NCBI GenBank assembly: GCA_964057225.1
Contig: OZ059894.1
Coordinates: 10,044,001-10,108,000 of the forward strand
Length of the DNA: 64,000 nucleotides
DNA from: Auanema rhodensis
Taxonomy: Eukaryota; Animalia; Nematoda
Direction: 5' to 3'
Made by a program: the position numbers and the translations under genes. Positions 1 through 13,471 of this stretch are shown here, piece after piece. Positions within the stretch are counted from its first letter, which is position 1; each line of letters begins with the position of its first letter. Below the pieces are notes generated by a model that ran no database searches, was not told the DNA's origin, and saw nothing but the letters and a program-made list of their open reading frames with translations.

Positions 1-405
1 AAAAGATTATATTTTTATTTTTCTGGAGGCCTGTCACGATCCCGTGTGTTATGACAAATTGAAAATAGAGTGTTCTTCCATTTTAACAGCGCTCTGTTTT
101 GACTGTTAATCACAAATTACGCAGAGTAAGAAGTGTTTCTAGTTATGAGCGATGTGTTATCGAATAATCAAAATATCGAGTTGATTTTTATAATCTCACA
201 GCCCCTCCTCTCATCTCTATCTCTGAAGTTGAAATTTACAAAAAAAGTCAAAGGGAACCCATTCAAAAGATGGTTTTCGTAAAAATAAAGATGATAAAGA
301 CCATAAACATGATAAGCTTATCACGATGCTCTTTTGACTGATCGAAAAAGTGAAAAAAAATTTCTTTATCATGTTTCTATAAATGATTTTTTTAAAATTT
401 AAAAC

Positions 406-1445
406 CTCTTCCAAAATAGCTTGAACAGCGCCTTGACGTGGTAAAGTTGTATAAATTAAATGGGGGAAGCCATGTTCTTTTCCATATCTGGAAAGATTTT
501 TCATTATCTAAATCGTATTAAATCGGATTATTTTACCTTTGACTACTTTCTATGCGTTTGTAATAGAAACCTCCTTCTGGGAATAAAATAACCCAACGAC
601 GATCGCGATCCCAAAACACTTCACGAAGATGCTTCTTCAAACTAAACAAGAAAACCTTATATCAAAATTTGAAGCTCATAAAGTGCAAACCGAATAATTT
701 CTTTATCTCTAGTAGCTTTTCCTTGTTGAATAAAATAGTCGCCATGACTGTTCCCGATAATACCGAAAGGAGTCCAACGAAACATAATATCCATTAGCCA
801 TAGAGTCTGAAAATAACAATAATGCACATAATAAGTACTAAGTATCGTTTCAAACCTTGCGACTTGCAACTCCTTTGCTCTGGAGACAAGCCATAAGAGT
901 TGGTACATCAGCTGTACTTTGATGGTTACACATCAGTACTACTCTTTCTTCACTATAGTAGGTTTTAACATCGTCTCCATATTCATAAACTAGAAAATAC
1001 AAAATTCAAAGCAAAACATAAGCAACAACACAAACCATCATAACCTGCTGTAAATCCCCAAGAAGCTATGAAACTTTGCAACCATCTATATAATTTTCCT
1101 TCAACGAACCAATATAATCTAGGCCTGCAAACAAAAACATATTGATTCCAAGCTGAATATGAAGTAAATTTACCAAACAGTTCTAGCCCACATTACTGGT
1201 ATCAAATATCCAAAATAAGTTAAGAAAAAAATAGTTACTAAGGATAAGCATAACACTGTTCTAAAATATACAAATTAAAAGTATAAAAGCTAAAAGTCTA
1301 ACCGAAAAGGTATTTTTATTAACCATAAAATTTTCTCAAAAGTCGTCGTACTAGGAGACCTGAGCACAGGCCTCGAGCCCGGGGGCCTATCTTTTATAGG
1401 ACCCGAGGCTTTTTTTAATAATTCCGCAGTTTGTTCGTCACACAT
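406..1445 (-). CDS. acl-14: Acyl-CoA:lysophosphatidylglycerol acyltransferase 1 (LPGAT1 family), 5' part; the gene continues off the left edge
   Basis: Phase-consistent GT-AG exons 1445-1303, 1260-1174, 1124-1036, 989-856, 806-691, 641-537, 487-406. Translation: MCDEQTAELL...TVLCLSLVTIFFLTYFGYLIPVMWARTVWPRLYWFVEGKLYRWLQSF...VYEYGDDV...MCNHQSTADVPTLM...WLMDIMFRWTPFG...HGDYFIQQG...WVILFPEGGF...TTLPRQGAVQAILEE. It contains the PlsC HxxxxD motif (NHQSTAD) and the FPEG motif, and FPEGGF is typical of LPGAT1. Choice of acl-14 over acl-12/13 is from recall. Confidence 0.9.
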
Positions 1446-1905
1446 CTCAACAAAAGCAAAGATAATTAAAGTTTAATTTAAGTAATTTGAACAATTTGAT
1501 ATGGCGAAATACATTGACATAAAATAAACAATTATTTTCATCAAACAACAAAGACATCACATCTCAAATTTTTTAGAAAGGAACTTGTACATAACAGCGT
1601 TTTCTTTTCAATTACTCAATCGATGAAAATTAAGTTGGAAGAGCAGAAATTAAAATTGCAGTGGGCATAATTACCAAAAATAACTGTGATGTCAAGGTAG
1701 GGGGGGTATGCTGTTGATCTAGTTTTTGAAATGCCTTGACTATTATAAAAACCATAGAATAATCGAAGACAGATAGTGTTTGGGTCCAAAGATAAATTAT
1801 AGTGCTTAACCGGAAATAGAATAGGTCTATATAAGAACAGACGCTGGATTACGGAAAGGATAAAATAACAAAGACATACATATATAGTAAATTAATAAAT
1901 CGCAC

Positions 1906-2116
1906 TGCGAAACGAAAGAAAAAACGAGAAGCAGAACGGCAATACTAGAGATGTTATGAAATAGTTAATAATATAACTTATAGCTTAGTGGGTGAGTGTA
2001 TGTATGTGTGTGATGGAGTGGGTAGAGAAACAAGCGAAGAGGATGTTTCGCAGCTGACGTGAGAGAATATGGTGGTGACGTTCGAGTGTGTCGTGTCGTC
2101 TGCGTCACGTTTCGCA
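1906..2116. promoter_or_regulatory. Putative proximal promoter of the acl-14-like gene with three GTTTCGCA (C/EBP-like) sites and TGACGT half-sites
   Basis: TGCGAAAC at 1906-1913, GTTTCGCAG at 2045, GTTTCGCAAC at 2109; TGACGT at 2056 and 2076. CpG-rich island 460-670 bp upstream of the ATG. Confidence 0.4.
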
Positions 2117-3297
2117 ACACCTCAAACTGCCGTTAAATTTAACAGACAATTTTAAGAGAGATCTTTTTATGTTTATTATTATTTAATAATGCTTTTTATA
2201 ATATAAAAAAGATCTTGCTAAAGCTGTTGGCATTGCATGTGCATATTGGTGCACAAGTGCTGCTAAACATCAGCCAAGCACCACGGCCATAACCCTCGAC
2301 CATGTTGGATAGACGCCGACCGGCCTATGGACTAGGGGGGGGGGTGAGTGTGGGGGTGTGTCAAGGCGGTTAGATTGACACTGACTGAAGCGTGGTTACT
2401 CTTATTTGGTAGAATTGAATGGTAAGTGGCCTAAAGAGCTATTGGAAGTCCAGGTCCAAGGTATGGATGACATTTATTGGTTTTTTGGAGCACCTGTCGT
2501 GGTTAAAAGTCGTTGTTGACTGATGACCAAAGTTATTTGTTAGAAGATATTATGATATGAGAATACTTATTGTTTGAGGTTTCCTTTTGTACTACCAAAT
2601 AACTATTTCCTGTAAACATAAATATTTAAAAATATTTGTCAAACTTGTTTTAATATTTTCCTTTTTTTTTCTTAAACTCATCGCTTTGCCCTTAAAAACT
2701 AGTGGAAACTGTGTGCAATTGTAGTATTATTTATCGTTCTCGTTGATTTCTCTTAATTTGACTCATTCTAAGCTCTAATTCATGAACACAAATTAATTTT
2801 TTTAGCTTTTATTAAGATTAATTATAAAAGAACAAAAATATCTCTAACATGATTAACTAGAACAAGTTTCGTCGTCGAGGGCACTAGTAAAGTGAAGATA
2901 ATAATAATCAGAAGCAATAGTGTATACCAGACGGGAATAAACTATGAAATAGAGAAGAGAGACAGGTTTAACAGACAGCAGCATATGCTTGTTGATAAAA
3001 TAATATAATTATTCATGTAGCATATTTCATAAAGTTTATTAACATGATGATTAAGAGAGAAAGGAGGGTGTAATAAATGAGAATTTATACTATCATAACT
3101 ATTATGCAACAACATTATATAACAATTTTTCACATTTATTATGATATAGAAAAAGTTAAAAGATTGTACACATCTTCCGAGCAAACTGCATTTATTTCAA
3201 GTTTACGAATGACTCGTTTGATTTTGAGAAAGCAATACCCGATAGGAACATGGCTTCTCTGGATTGGATTAATATGCTATTTCATATTTGCATAATA

Positions 3298-3317
3298 TTA
3301 TATATATATAGATTTAG

Positions 3318-3354
<37 letters not shown>
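3298..3354. repeat. (TA)n microsatellite, interrupted
   Basis: Directly visible TA runs. Confidence 0.9.
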
Positions 3355-3619
3355 AGATAAGAATTTAAAAAATAAGTATAGATAAATGGCAATTTTTGAT
3401 TTCTGTGGATGCAGAAGATAATAACCAGCTTATTTGGATTATGAAAATCTATGGATATAGGGCTCTAAATATGACGTCATTTGCAAGCATGTACAAGAAT
3501 GTTCCTGAGACGACTAGTTATTGAATGGCTATTTAAATGAAAAATAATAGAAAAATGGAAAAGAGATGAAGACAATTGAAGGCTTTGTCTAAGAGTCTTG
3601 TGAGGGGATTCTTATTTCA

Positions 3620-6086
3620 TTATGGAATGGAGTGTACTGTTTGACTTCGAGCCACGCGCTCAATTCTGTTAGATGATGGTTCTGCATTCGACGAATTGTA
3701 TTCACTGATTGTGGATTTTTGGAATCCGACCCGTGAACCAGGCCCAGTGAGATTACGATGAATGTTAAATAGTGCCAACATACCACGTCGTATCTGAAAT
3801 ATGTATGGGTATGATGAGCATGAAGGACATTTCATTATTGTAATATTCGACTTGATAAGCCACGTCAGGTCAGTTCAATGAACTATTTTTTCGGACAAAA
3901 TAATTTTTTTTTTCAAATAACAATATGATTTTTGATTATTTAATGTCTAGACGAGGCTTTTTTATTTTCATTTATGGTTAATTTATACCTGGAAGTCTGT
4001 TATGAATGATAATATTGGATCAATCAGAATACGTAGTACAAGTGAAATTCGCACAACAGAAAGAAGTGTCATCATTTCAGCGTAATTTCGTTGGAAATAG
4101 CATTGGTCTCTGTTCAGCAAAAGGCCAATACACCTAGAATTAACCGATATACTATGTATGTAGATATTTAACTAATGAAGGGCGAAAAAAAAATTTTTTT
4201 GTTGCAAAGACTGATAAACAAGAGAAAATGAATTTCAATTTACCAGATGACATAGAACAGATACAGGCCAGCAAATGTTCCGACGTTCAGTGCTAATTTC
4301 CATAATGGGAAACGAGCTCGCTGTATTCGTCCACCATTTGATTTAGCGCTATCACGTTTCTTGAATGAATCCACAAATCGCTGTGCTCGTCGTATAAGAA
4401 TTACTACAAAAGTTGATGAATTAATTGTAATTTTTGAAATAAAAAAAGCTGACCTGTTCCAACGAATACAAAAAGAGTGAAAAAGTACACAGTTACTGTC
4501 ACAAAGTTACGAGATCTAGAAATATAAAAGTTAGAATATTTTCATTATTTGTTATATATACATATATTTATATATAGTTAAGAAATAGATTGTATAATAA
4601 AAATTATATTTACCTGTACATTGTTCGGAGACATGTCTCCATTTTACAACCGGACCATTCATTTAAATAAGGAATTTTAACCAAAGCAGATACACCCAGA
4701 GTATAGCTGATCATTAATACGAACATTATCCAACTAAAATTTATAATAATAATTAGTCATTCTTTTCTTAAAATAAATTTTGAATGCAATGTTTCTGTTT
4801 CTTTTATAATTCAAAATGACTATTCTTTTGAATTTTAGTGCTTACGTGAATAACGTGAGTGACGTGATAACGATGGGTCATGCTAATTTATTCTAATTTT
4901 CAATTTAACTTATAATCCCTGTCACAGGTACTTTTAAAATATATTAAAATCGTTTAATTATGTTTTATTTGAGGAAATACATATTTTTGTATTGACTCAC
5001 CTGAAGATGATTAAATATATACAACGTTTCATGTTAAACCATTTCCGGTAATGGAATGGCTTCCAGACAGCAAACAACTGAAATAAATAATATATATTAA
5101 GTTGAATAATTCAAAAAATATGTATTTTATACGTTAATATAAAATATATTTTATTATTTTAGCTGTTGTTTTTCTAAATTACCTTTAATACAGAAAGAGC
5201 AACATATGAGACCATTGCAGACCAGAAAGAACCAACGAAGAAAGACTCCATGAATATAACAATATCTCGACTATAAATAAACAAATAAATAAATAAGTAT
5301 TTAGATATCAGTAATCATTAAAGAATTTTAATGGTTTTTTCTTTTTTTTTAAAACTTACTTAACATCATTGATGAGTAAGACATAGGAACAAACGAGTAA
5401 ACAGGATAGACAAGAGAGTAGATCACCGATGGAACGATTAAGAATAAGAATATAGCATTTTCTACTGACTCTCCTGGCTCTTATTGCCTAAAATCAGATA
5501 TAAAGCTTTGCTAAATTTAAAAGATAAAATACCTGATATATGGTTATGATGAATAAGATTGTTACAATTGTAGCTAGTAAGGCTAATGGAAGCATGGCCC
5601 AACCAAAGTAGTTTCGAAAAACATTCTCAATACGTAGACCTTGACGACGCTGAATTAGTTCAGAATCAGAACAGTTTGATGTCGGATTAAAGTATTCTAT
5701 CAGTGACATGGTCTAGGAATTTGAGCCAAAATATGTGTTCGAGTGTTTTCGATATTGTACGTCAACATGGAGGTGTTGTGATAGTTGAAGGAGTGAAATA
5801 GATTCATGAGTCAGTAGAAGAGGTGATGGCGATTGTAATAATAATTTTTGTTTTCTATTCATTGTTTCATTGTTTCATATTCATCTTTTAATTTTATTTC
5901 ATGACATCATGATACACTTGATCCAAATTTTGAAATTTCCATAGAAATATTAAGTTTTTTTTTAAATTTTATAGTAAAAGTTTGGTAACATATATTAGAA
6001 AAGAAGAAGTCACTTACTTTGAAAAGATCTATTTTCTCCTCTCGTGTGAGGTTAAAGAAACAATCGGTCCGCACATTCGCACTCAT
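3620..6086 (-). CDS. dcar-1: DCAR-1-like 7TM GPCR (dihydrocaffeic acid / HPLA receptor family), 400 aa
   Basis: Ten phase-consistent exons: 6086-6018, 5712-5533, 5487-5360, 5270-5183, 5077-5001, 4733-4614, 4515-4454, 4403-4244, 4133-3989, 3793-3620 (1203 nt). Seven hydrophobic segments. RVSRKCYILILNRSIGDLL, FWSAMVSYVALSVLKLFAVWKP, LNEWSGCKMETCLR, ARFPLWKLALNV and RILIDPILSF match my recollection of C. elegans DCAR-1. Confidence 0.85.
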
Positions 6087-9000
6087 GCTTTACATTAGTG
6101 ATACAACAATGAAGCCGAACAAATAAGTCTTAAAAAAATATTTTTATGTAAGTTAACAACAAAAAAAATGACGAAAACGAAAAAGAATCATTTCATTAGT
6201 CTCTATACATATTGAAAATCTTGTTTTAGGGTGTAGAGCTGATCAAAATGAAATATAATTTGATGCGAAGGTTGACATAAAAGTCAGGACAACTGAAGTT
6301 TGTTCCCGCAAAGATTAAACAAAAAGATTATGAATTTAAGGTAAACTATGATCTTTCAGCAGTTGAATGAGGAAAGATTGATTGACAATGCTGTTGTTTG
6401 GATGAAAATGTTCCTTAGACTTGAAACTTTCATTAGATATGATTAGTAGAGGAAGGAGAGAATAAAGTTGAAATCAACGTTTCAAAGTGGATGAAAATTA
6501 CCGAAATCGGACATTTTTCAAGAATTGTAAAGAGGAATAAGAAGATGCGCGAAAGGAAATTAGCAAAACTCAAAGTCTAGATTTAGAAACTGATTGTAAG
6601 ATGAAGTTGAGTTCAAGTGAGTGTGTGAAATGAAGGACAAATGATCTTTTGATATTTAGAATATATGAATTATGAATAGGACAAAAAGGGAAAAAAAGGA
6701 AATATATTTGATGGAAGTTGGCTTTGTTAATTAGGTTCAAAGCGAGAAGAATCGAATTACAGATAGTGATGTTATTGAAATTTCTTGGAAAGATTCAGAA
6801 TCGTTATGTTTGTAGATGATGATAATCAATATGATAAATGAACTTAAGCCCAATGATGAGATGAAACTGAAAGCAAAGACGGAAGAAATGTATTGTTTCT
6901 CTGAGTATGAGAAGGAAGGGGTAGGTCTAGCGCAGACAAGATAGGGCATCGTCGTCGTCGTTCACAGAGATCGTCGTCGTTCTTTGAGAAATGCACATGT
7001 AATTGACAAGGGTAAAATGATTCGAATGATAACAATGACAACCATAACTCACTTAGGTCAGAAAACTTAAGAGTAGAGAACATAAATTAGAAAGTAAATA
7101 CAAAAACTGCTTGAACGACATGTTGTTTCCTGGGAAGAAAGCCACACACACACAACTCGAGATGAACGTTTGAAAATTGAAATGAAGGCCAAAAGATCTT
7201 GAGGATTGATGGCATTTCGATCGTATTCAACTCTCATTATACGGGAGATGCAGCAGATGCCATCCGTAATTGGCAAAAGGGAGAAGCAGAAATACATTTA
7301 AATAATGAGTTTAACGCTTATTTCATAAAAAAAATATTAAAAAAGAAACTCGAACGGATGGAACTGCTTGATGAAATCTATTTTTTTCAAAATTAAGTTG
7401 AAAAAAGCTGAGAAAAGAAAGAAGAATTGATATTTTCATTCTTATAATGCTTCTTAAAGTAAAGAAAAGCGAGGTCAAAAAACATGAAATGAAAAGAAAA
7501 AAGTTTTTAAACATCGGTTACATACAGCATATGCATGGGTAACGTCAAAGGGTTTTTTGGATATAATGAAGAGCTTAATGATGAATGACGGCAAAATCTA
7601 AAATCAACAAAAACCATGTGAACGTGAAAGAGGTCGTTTAGAAATTCAATAACATGGTTTTGATTATTTCCGAATATTTGTTCTCTGCTTCATTTCCTAG
7701 AAGAAAGGTTCGAGTCGTAGGAATGATGTCTCGCATGCTCAAGCATTTTTCTTTCGAAAAAAACTTCGTTTTTATGGAATTTTTATGAAATTTATCCGTA
7801 AAAACAAGTTCTTTTATTAAAAAAACAATAAGAGAAGGCGGAACGATTGGCTAAGCCAGATTGATTGTGATGGAATGTGAGAAATAATGTTTTCTTGCAA
7901 TTTTTTATGATTTTTCATTAAATTTTCTACAAACAGATAACTTACAGTTTTTTTTTTTGACAAAAATTGAATTTCATAGGTTGGAATGGCATATTGGGGA
8001 TTGGGGGAGGGAAGAGAAGGAGGAGAATAACAATGAATCAACAGTATTCAATACACATCGTTGTAGGGCAAGTAAAGAAGATGAAAGATCGTATGGAACA
8101 TGGTGAGAAACGAAGAGGCTGATGACGAACTGTATATGAAGACATCAGATTCAGATGATCTGAATAGAGAAACAGGTCGATCCTAATGTTGCTACTACTA
8201 TCTAGAATACGAACGAATGGGTTTGAATATAAGTACATGTGATGTATGTAACTTTTACAAACCATCAGCAACCAACTGATGGACAAGAAGGACTAATGGC
8301 AGTGCGAGAATAGAAGTAGAAGGTGATGGGCGGGGGGGGGTGGTTGGTGGACAAGGGGTAGTAGAACGTGAATGATGTCACGATAGACATTAGATTGGAA
8401 CTATATATCTTCTAACTTTTTGTATTTTTGTACTTAAGCGAAGGATTATAACATCATACTTCTGTACGATCATCATGAAGCTAGATAACCAGGAAAAAAG
8501 AGATTAAAACTAGTAATTTACAAGATTTATAGCAATCCTTCAGATGCCATAAAACATAACTCGAATGCCAACTTCAATAAGAATTACTGTTTTTGAGTTT
8601 GGGTGCCAACTAATTGCTTTAAGGCAATCTGGTTCCCGGAGATAAGTATGAATGTACATATACATACGTCACATACAAAACTCGACACGTTAATGATAAT
8701 TTGACATTAGTATTGATATATATATATAGAGATGTAAGTATATATATATATATATAGTATATAGAATACTAAAACAAGTTATTTTGACATGTAGACGTCA
8801 TTGGAAAAATAAAGAAAAATGAGAAATGTTGGAAATTTATCGCTAAGTTTCATTGAAACTTTGATTTTTGCACCTTTAAACTTAACATTTTTTTAGAAGT
8901 GAACTTGAAGAGATGGTACTAGATGACAAATAAAAAAATTGAAAACAATATCGAGAATATTGAATGAGCATAAGTTGTAATAAGCTTGATGCTGCTTAAG

Positions 9001-11235
9001 CATTACAAAGTTTCTTCTACTAAAACCTGAACATTGTTGTCACATCTATGAATCTAAGATTATTTCGAAAGTTCTCTAAAACAGGCTTCATTGGAAAGAA
9101 AAGAAAAACGATGAATGATGAAGTACAATGTGCAGGTAAGAGTGAGTAGAATGGACGATGGCTAAAGGACCGGCTGCAACGGACGTGTGATTTTCGGATA
9201 AGAATGAAGATTTTGATGAAACAAAAAGATGGAAAAGAAAGTAAGAAATGGAAGTACAACAACCGTTCGAACATCTATAATAAGCAAAGTATGGTATAGG
9301 TTCACGTGAATTTTCACGTAAACACAGTATATTCGAATTAGTAATTGGCAGAGAGAGAGAGAGAGTGAGTGAGAGAGTGAGAGAAGTAGAAGTAGATGAA
9401 GAGTGAGAGAGTTACGTAGATAATAGTGGAACATAAGAATGAAGCCCCTTACTTTTTTAGATTATTTTTAAAAGATAAAATAAATTTAAAATTTAAAAAA
9501 TGTTTAGTAATTGGCACGTTCTTCTGATCTTTGTCTATTACAGTACTTAAAGGAGAAATAAAACATTTTTTATTAGAAAATAAGAAGATTTTAGTGGAAA
9601 TGATTGCTGATATTGTCTTTGAACTGTATGACGAATACACACTACAACTATACATTCAAATATAATATTTTATATTTTAAAAATAATAAAGTTTATATGA
9701 TTAGTATGGTTAAGTAAGTAAGTATGTGTGAGAAATTAATATATACTATACATACATCGTATTTGGAAACGAGGGGGGGGGACAGAATATAGAAAAATCC
9801 GACTGACTGGATTAGGCAGAATAGATGATATAGATTGATGACTTGTGAATATTTCGGATTGGTGGAAAAGTTAAAGCAGCGTAACGAGAGACATGTGCTA
9901 GTCGTTGTCCTAAAACGATGAAAAGGCATTCTTAGTCTCTACAATCAGGCGGCTTTTTTCTTAAACTTTTTGATAAATTTGATGATAAAACAAATGGATG
10001 CAAATACAAGTAAGTAGATGCTATTCAACAAAATAATTTGAAATATTGGATAAGTTTTTTGTTGAAAAAGCTATTAAAATGAGGAAAAATGAGGTATTTA
10101 GTGTATATACAGAGGTATATACTACAGTAATCAAATCAAATAAGATTTTTATTTATAACAAATAAAGAAAAGAAATGAAATAAAGGTTAGATGAGGTTGT
10201 TTTGAATGATTTCATACGTAAATATGCGGGTGTACACAAATAGAAAAAGGTATAATTAGTATAAATAAGTTGATTAGAAGGTTGTTTCACAACTTTTTTA
10301 CACTTCAATCTTTTCACTTTCTTTATTTAATCTATATAGTTTTATATAATTAGTTACATAGTTATAGTAAGCAGTAGCGTATAGTAGAGCTGAGTTACGA
10401 GTTAAGGGGCAAAGATTAGGGAATTATCTTTTACTAAGGAAATTAGTTGAAATTCCTTCTTAATATTTGTGATAACAAGTGAAATTGTTCACTGGATTTG
10501 CAACTTTTAAGGTTTGAACATGGTTGCGAAATGATGTTGATTAGTAAAGCAACTTGCCGAGAAGAGGACATGATTATCACAACTTTTCTAAAAATAGTTG
10601 GGGAAATACGTATTGGGAGGTTAATATTGGTCTTTAATACTAGACTTTTGATACAATGAATAGGGATTGACAACGGATTTTGAGATTTAGAAATGCATAA
10701 AGAACTAGAGAGATAGAGAGAGATAGCAAGAGAGATAGCAAGAGAGAGAGAGCGACTGTGGTGAGAACTCTTTGAATTTCACAGTATGATGCCTGCTGCT
10801 CTATGGATGTAGTTCATGAACTGGCCAACGATAGTTTCAGAAATGATACTGATGAAGAATATTATGTTTAACAACGTCAAAGTAAATGATAAGTTGCCAA
10901 TATAAGTTCTGATTGAAGAATGAAGACATTAAAGTTGAAAACGGTGGAATTGCAGGACGAGAAACAAGGTTCAAATACCATTCAATCAATATGACCACGA
11001 GAGAATGATGTTAAAGACATACGAAGATCAATTATAGAATGTAAATTTCCATAAAAACGTAAGAGGGAGAGAAAGATAGAGAGAGAGAGAGAGAAAAGAG
11101 GAATATTGTGAGAGAGAGAGAGAGAGAAAGTAAAAAAAAAGAAGAAGAGTGAGAGGACAGTATGATGAAGAACTAAAAAGAAAACGGTTGTTTTAGAACG
11201 GGTTTCAGTCCATAAGACGCAAGTCCTTCTGAATT

Positions 11236-11247
11236 AATGACGTCATT
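11236..11247. promoter_or_regulatory. Full CRE palindrome AATGACGTCATT in the divergent intergenic region
   Basis: Perfect 12-bp palindrome containing TGACGTCA (CREB/ATF consensus) between the dcar-1-like and 4TM gene starts. Function is not shown. Confidence 0.3.
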
Positions 11248-12487
11248 TTCCCGTGATCTCTTTTCAACCTCTGTGTTCTTTTTTTCTTATTTTCTCTCAG
11301 CTTTTCTATTACAATTCCCCTTCTTTCTCATATTCCAATGTCTTATGTCTCGGTTCTCTTTCTTGCTTTTTTTTGGCTTCGTTTACTTCAAATTGGACAT
11401 AGCAAAGGTAAAAATCTACAATAAACGTGAAAACATTCTTGTTTTCTCTGAGAGGGATAATTAGTGTTAAGACAGTAAAACTTTACTCACATTTATATTA
11501 AGAAAAGAAGAAGAATAAGTTTTAATCTATTAGAAATAAGCTTGTATGCTGGCTGTAAAGTTTGCAACTTGAATTTTTTCAATGAGCATATCATATTGCG
11601 TTTTTTGATCTTATATAGCTGTGAAAGAGATGATCGCCGTATGTTCATCATCTTCATCGTCATTGTTAAATCATAATTGTTATTTAAAATTATATTTGTG
11701 TAATAGGCTATTTAAAAGAAAACAAAAAAAGAATAAAAACAAAAAAAAAAGAAGAAATTTTTCCAAAAAAAAAGGAAAAAAAATTAAAAATAATAGATTT
11801 GATTGTAGATATTAAAATAATTTGTTTTTAAATTAAATAAAATAAAAAAATTTATTTAATATAATTAATTAAATGTAGTAATGAAATTATTTTTTTATAT
11901 AATATTGGACGTTTGCTTAGATAAAATCTCAAATATCTTACAATTGAGATTGAGGATGATGGTGAAAACTGGATGTTTCCCAGATGCAAATGTCGCGAAA
12001 AACAAAAGTTTCATGAATACTCTTGGAGACAGAACACATAGTTAATTCAATTATTTATATTAGTTTATTTTATATTAATATAGTTTATAATAATGATGAT
12101 AAATGGCTTGAATGATTATCAGGAAGAAGTGGTTCGGAGGGAGGAGCTGGTTGATGAGAGAGCGAGAGCGCCTGGACACGGAGAGGCGAGGGGAAAAGCA
12201 AGACGACGGGTTGAAATGTAAGAAAACTGGAGGAGGAAATGATGTTATACCAAATAGAAACTATACAATCTGAATGAAATAGTTACGAGAAGGGCCGAAA
12301 ATGAGATGAATGGCAGGATGTTATCAACCGGATCCTTGTATTGTATTGAGACACAGTTATCATGATTATATGGATGCTTCTACAGCAGGGAGTAACATAT
12401 TAGCTGGTTACTATAGACGCGAAACGGAACAACGTCATCACATAGTTATGAACAGCTCATGTAGACAGTCTAACCTATAACCTATTC

Positions 12488-12490
<3 letters not shown>

Positions 12491-12549
<59 letters not shown>
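12491..12549. repeat. (CT)n microsatellite
   Basis: About 29 uninterrupted TC units. Confidence 0.95.
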
Positions 12550-12553
<4 letters not shown>

Positions 12554-13435
12554 TCTCTCTATCGATCTATCTATCTCTCAGCTTGTTCTAAATGGAAAGG
12601 TGAACGATGGCAAAGAGTAACAAGAGTAGAAAGAAGCAGTAAAATAGAAGAGAGAATGAAGAGACTGTATGTTATGCATGTACCTGCTTCCACTTGTCTA
12701 ACTATGTATGTAGTTAGTAAAAGCAGTTATAAGCGATGGCTGGTTAAGTGACGATGAAATGAAAACTGAAAAAGCTGACGACGTCAACATTACATCAAAA
12801 TCAATTAGAACATACAGGAGTTGGCAAACTTCAAACTTGTCCGATAGGTTTTGATATCTGACCAGTTTGGTGCCGTTTGCAGAGTTCTACTAGATGGGCC
12901 GCTTCTTGCCAGTTTTTTTTGTAATTTTTCAGCGGTTTCATCAAATTCTAGAAATGAAAATGGTTTCGACAACTATTACCTGATAGTAAGTGAAACGAAG
13001 TGAAAATACGAGGAAAAACTAGAGTTCTCGTCCTTTAAAAAATGGAAATCTGCAATTCCTGAAGATCACAAAAATATTTTTTAGTTGCGAACGCAGGGAA
13101 AGTTTGGATGGGAGAAGGGGACTGGGTGTTGATGGTAGAGAAATTGGAGGTCGTGAGTTGCAGCAATATGAATAAGTGAGAAGTTCTCAGAAACAATGTA
13201 CTATTCCTGTTTTCCGTTATTTCCCCGGATTTTTCCTGAAATCTCATTAGAGATATGAGAAAGGTTTTCCGTTCCAATAATTTATGATGAAGTTCATGAC
13301 ATGATATGGATATATATTGTAAAAAACTTTACTTTTTTCGATTGATGAATAAGAAAAAGGGAAACAGACCGACAAGATAGTAAAGAGATAATCACTGTCC
13401 CCATTTCCTTCTTCTTCTCCTCCTTCTTAATCCAA

Positions 13436-13471
13436 CATCATCATCATCATCATCATCATCGTAATCATCAT
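13436..13471. repeat. (CAT)n microsatellite
   Basis: Directly visible. Confidence 0.85.

Noticed and set aside
1360-1410. GC-rich palindrome-like stretch (CTCGAGCCCGGG) that looked like an insertion or polylinker
   Set aside because: It is in-frame coding sequence of exon 1 of the acyltransferase (KDRPPGSRPVLR).
2530-2606. miR-239-like TTTGTACTAC in a partial fold-back
   Set aside because: Only about 12 bp pair, the loop exceeds 35 nt, and the rest does not match the mature miRNA.
3620-6086. Initial call as aex-2
   Set aside because: The recalled AEX-2 TM3 signature (DKLIYIQFP) is absent; the motifs fit DCAR-1 instead.
7690-7730. B-box-like GGTTCGAGTC (also GGTTCAAATACC near 10968)
   Set aside because: No cloverleaf, acceptor stem or A-box at the proper spacing, so not tRNA.
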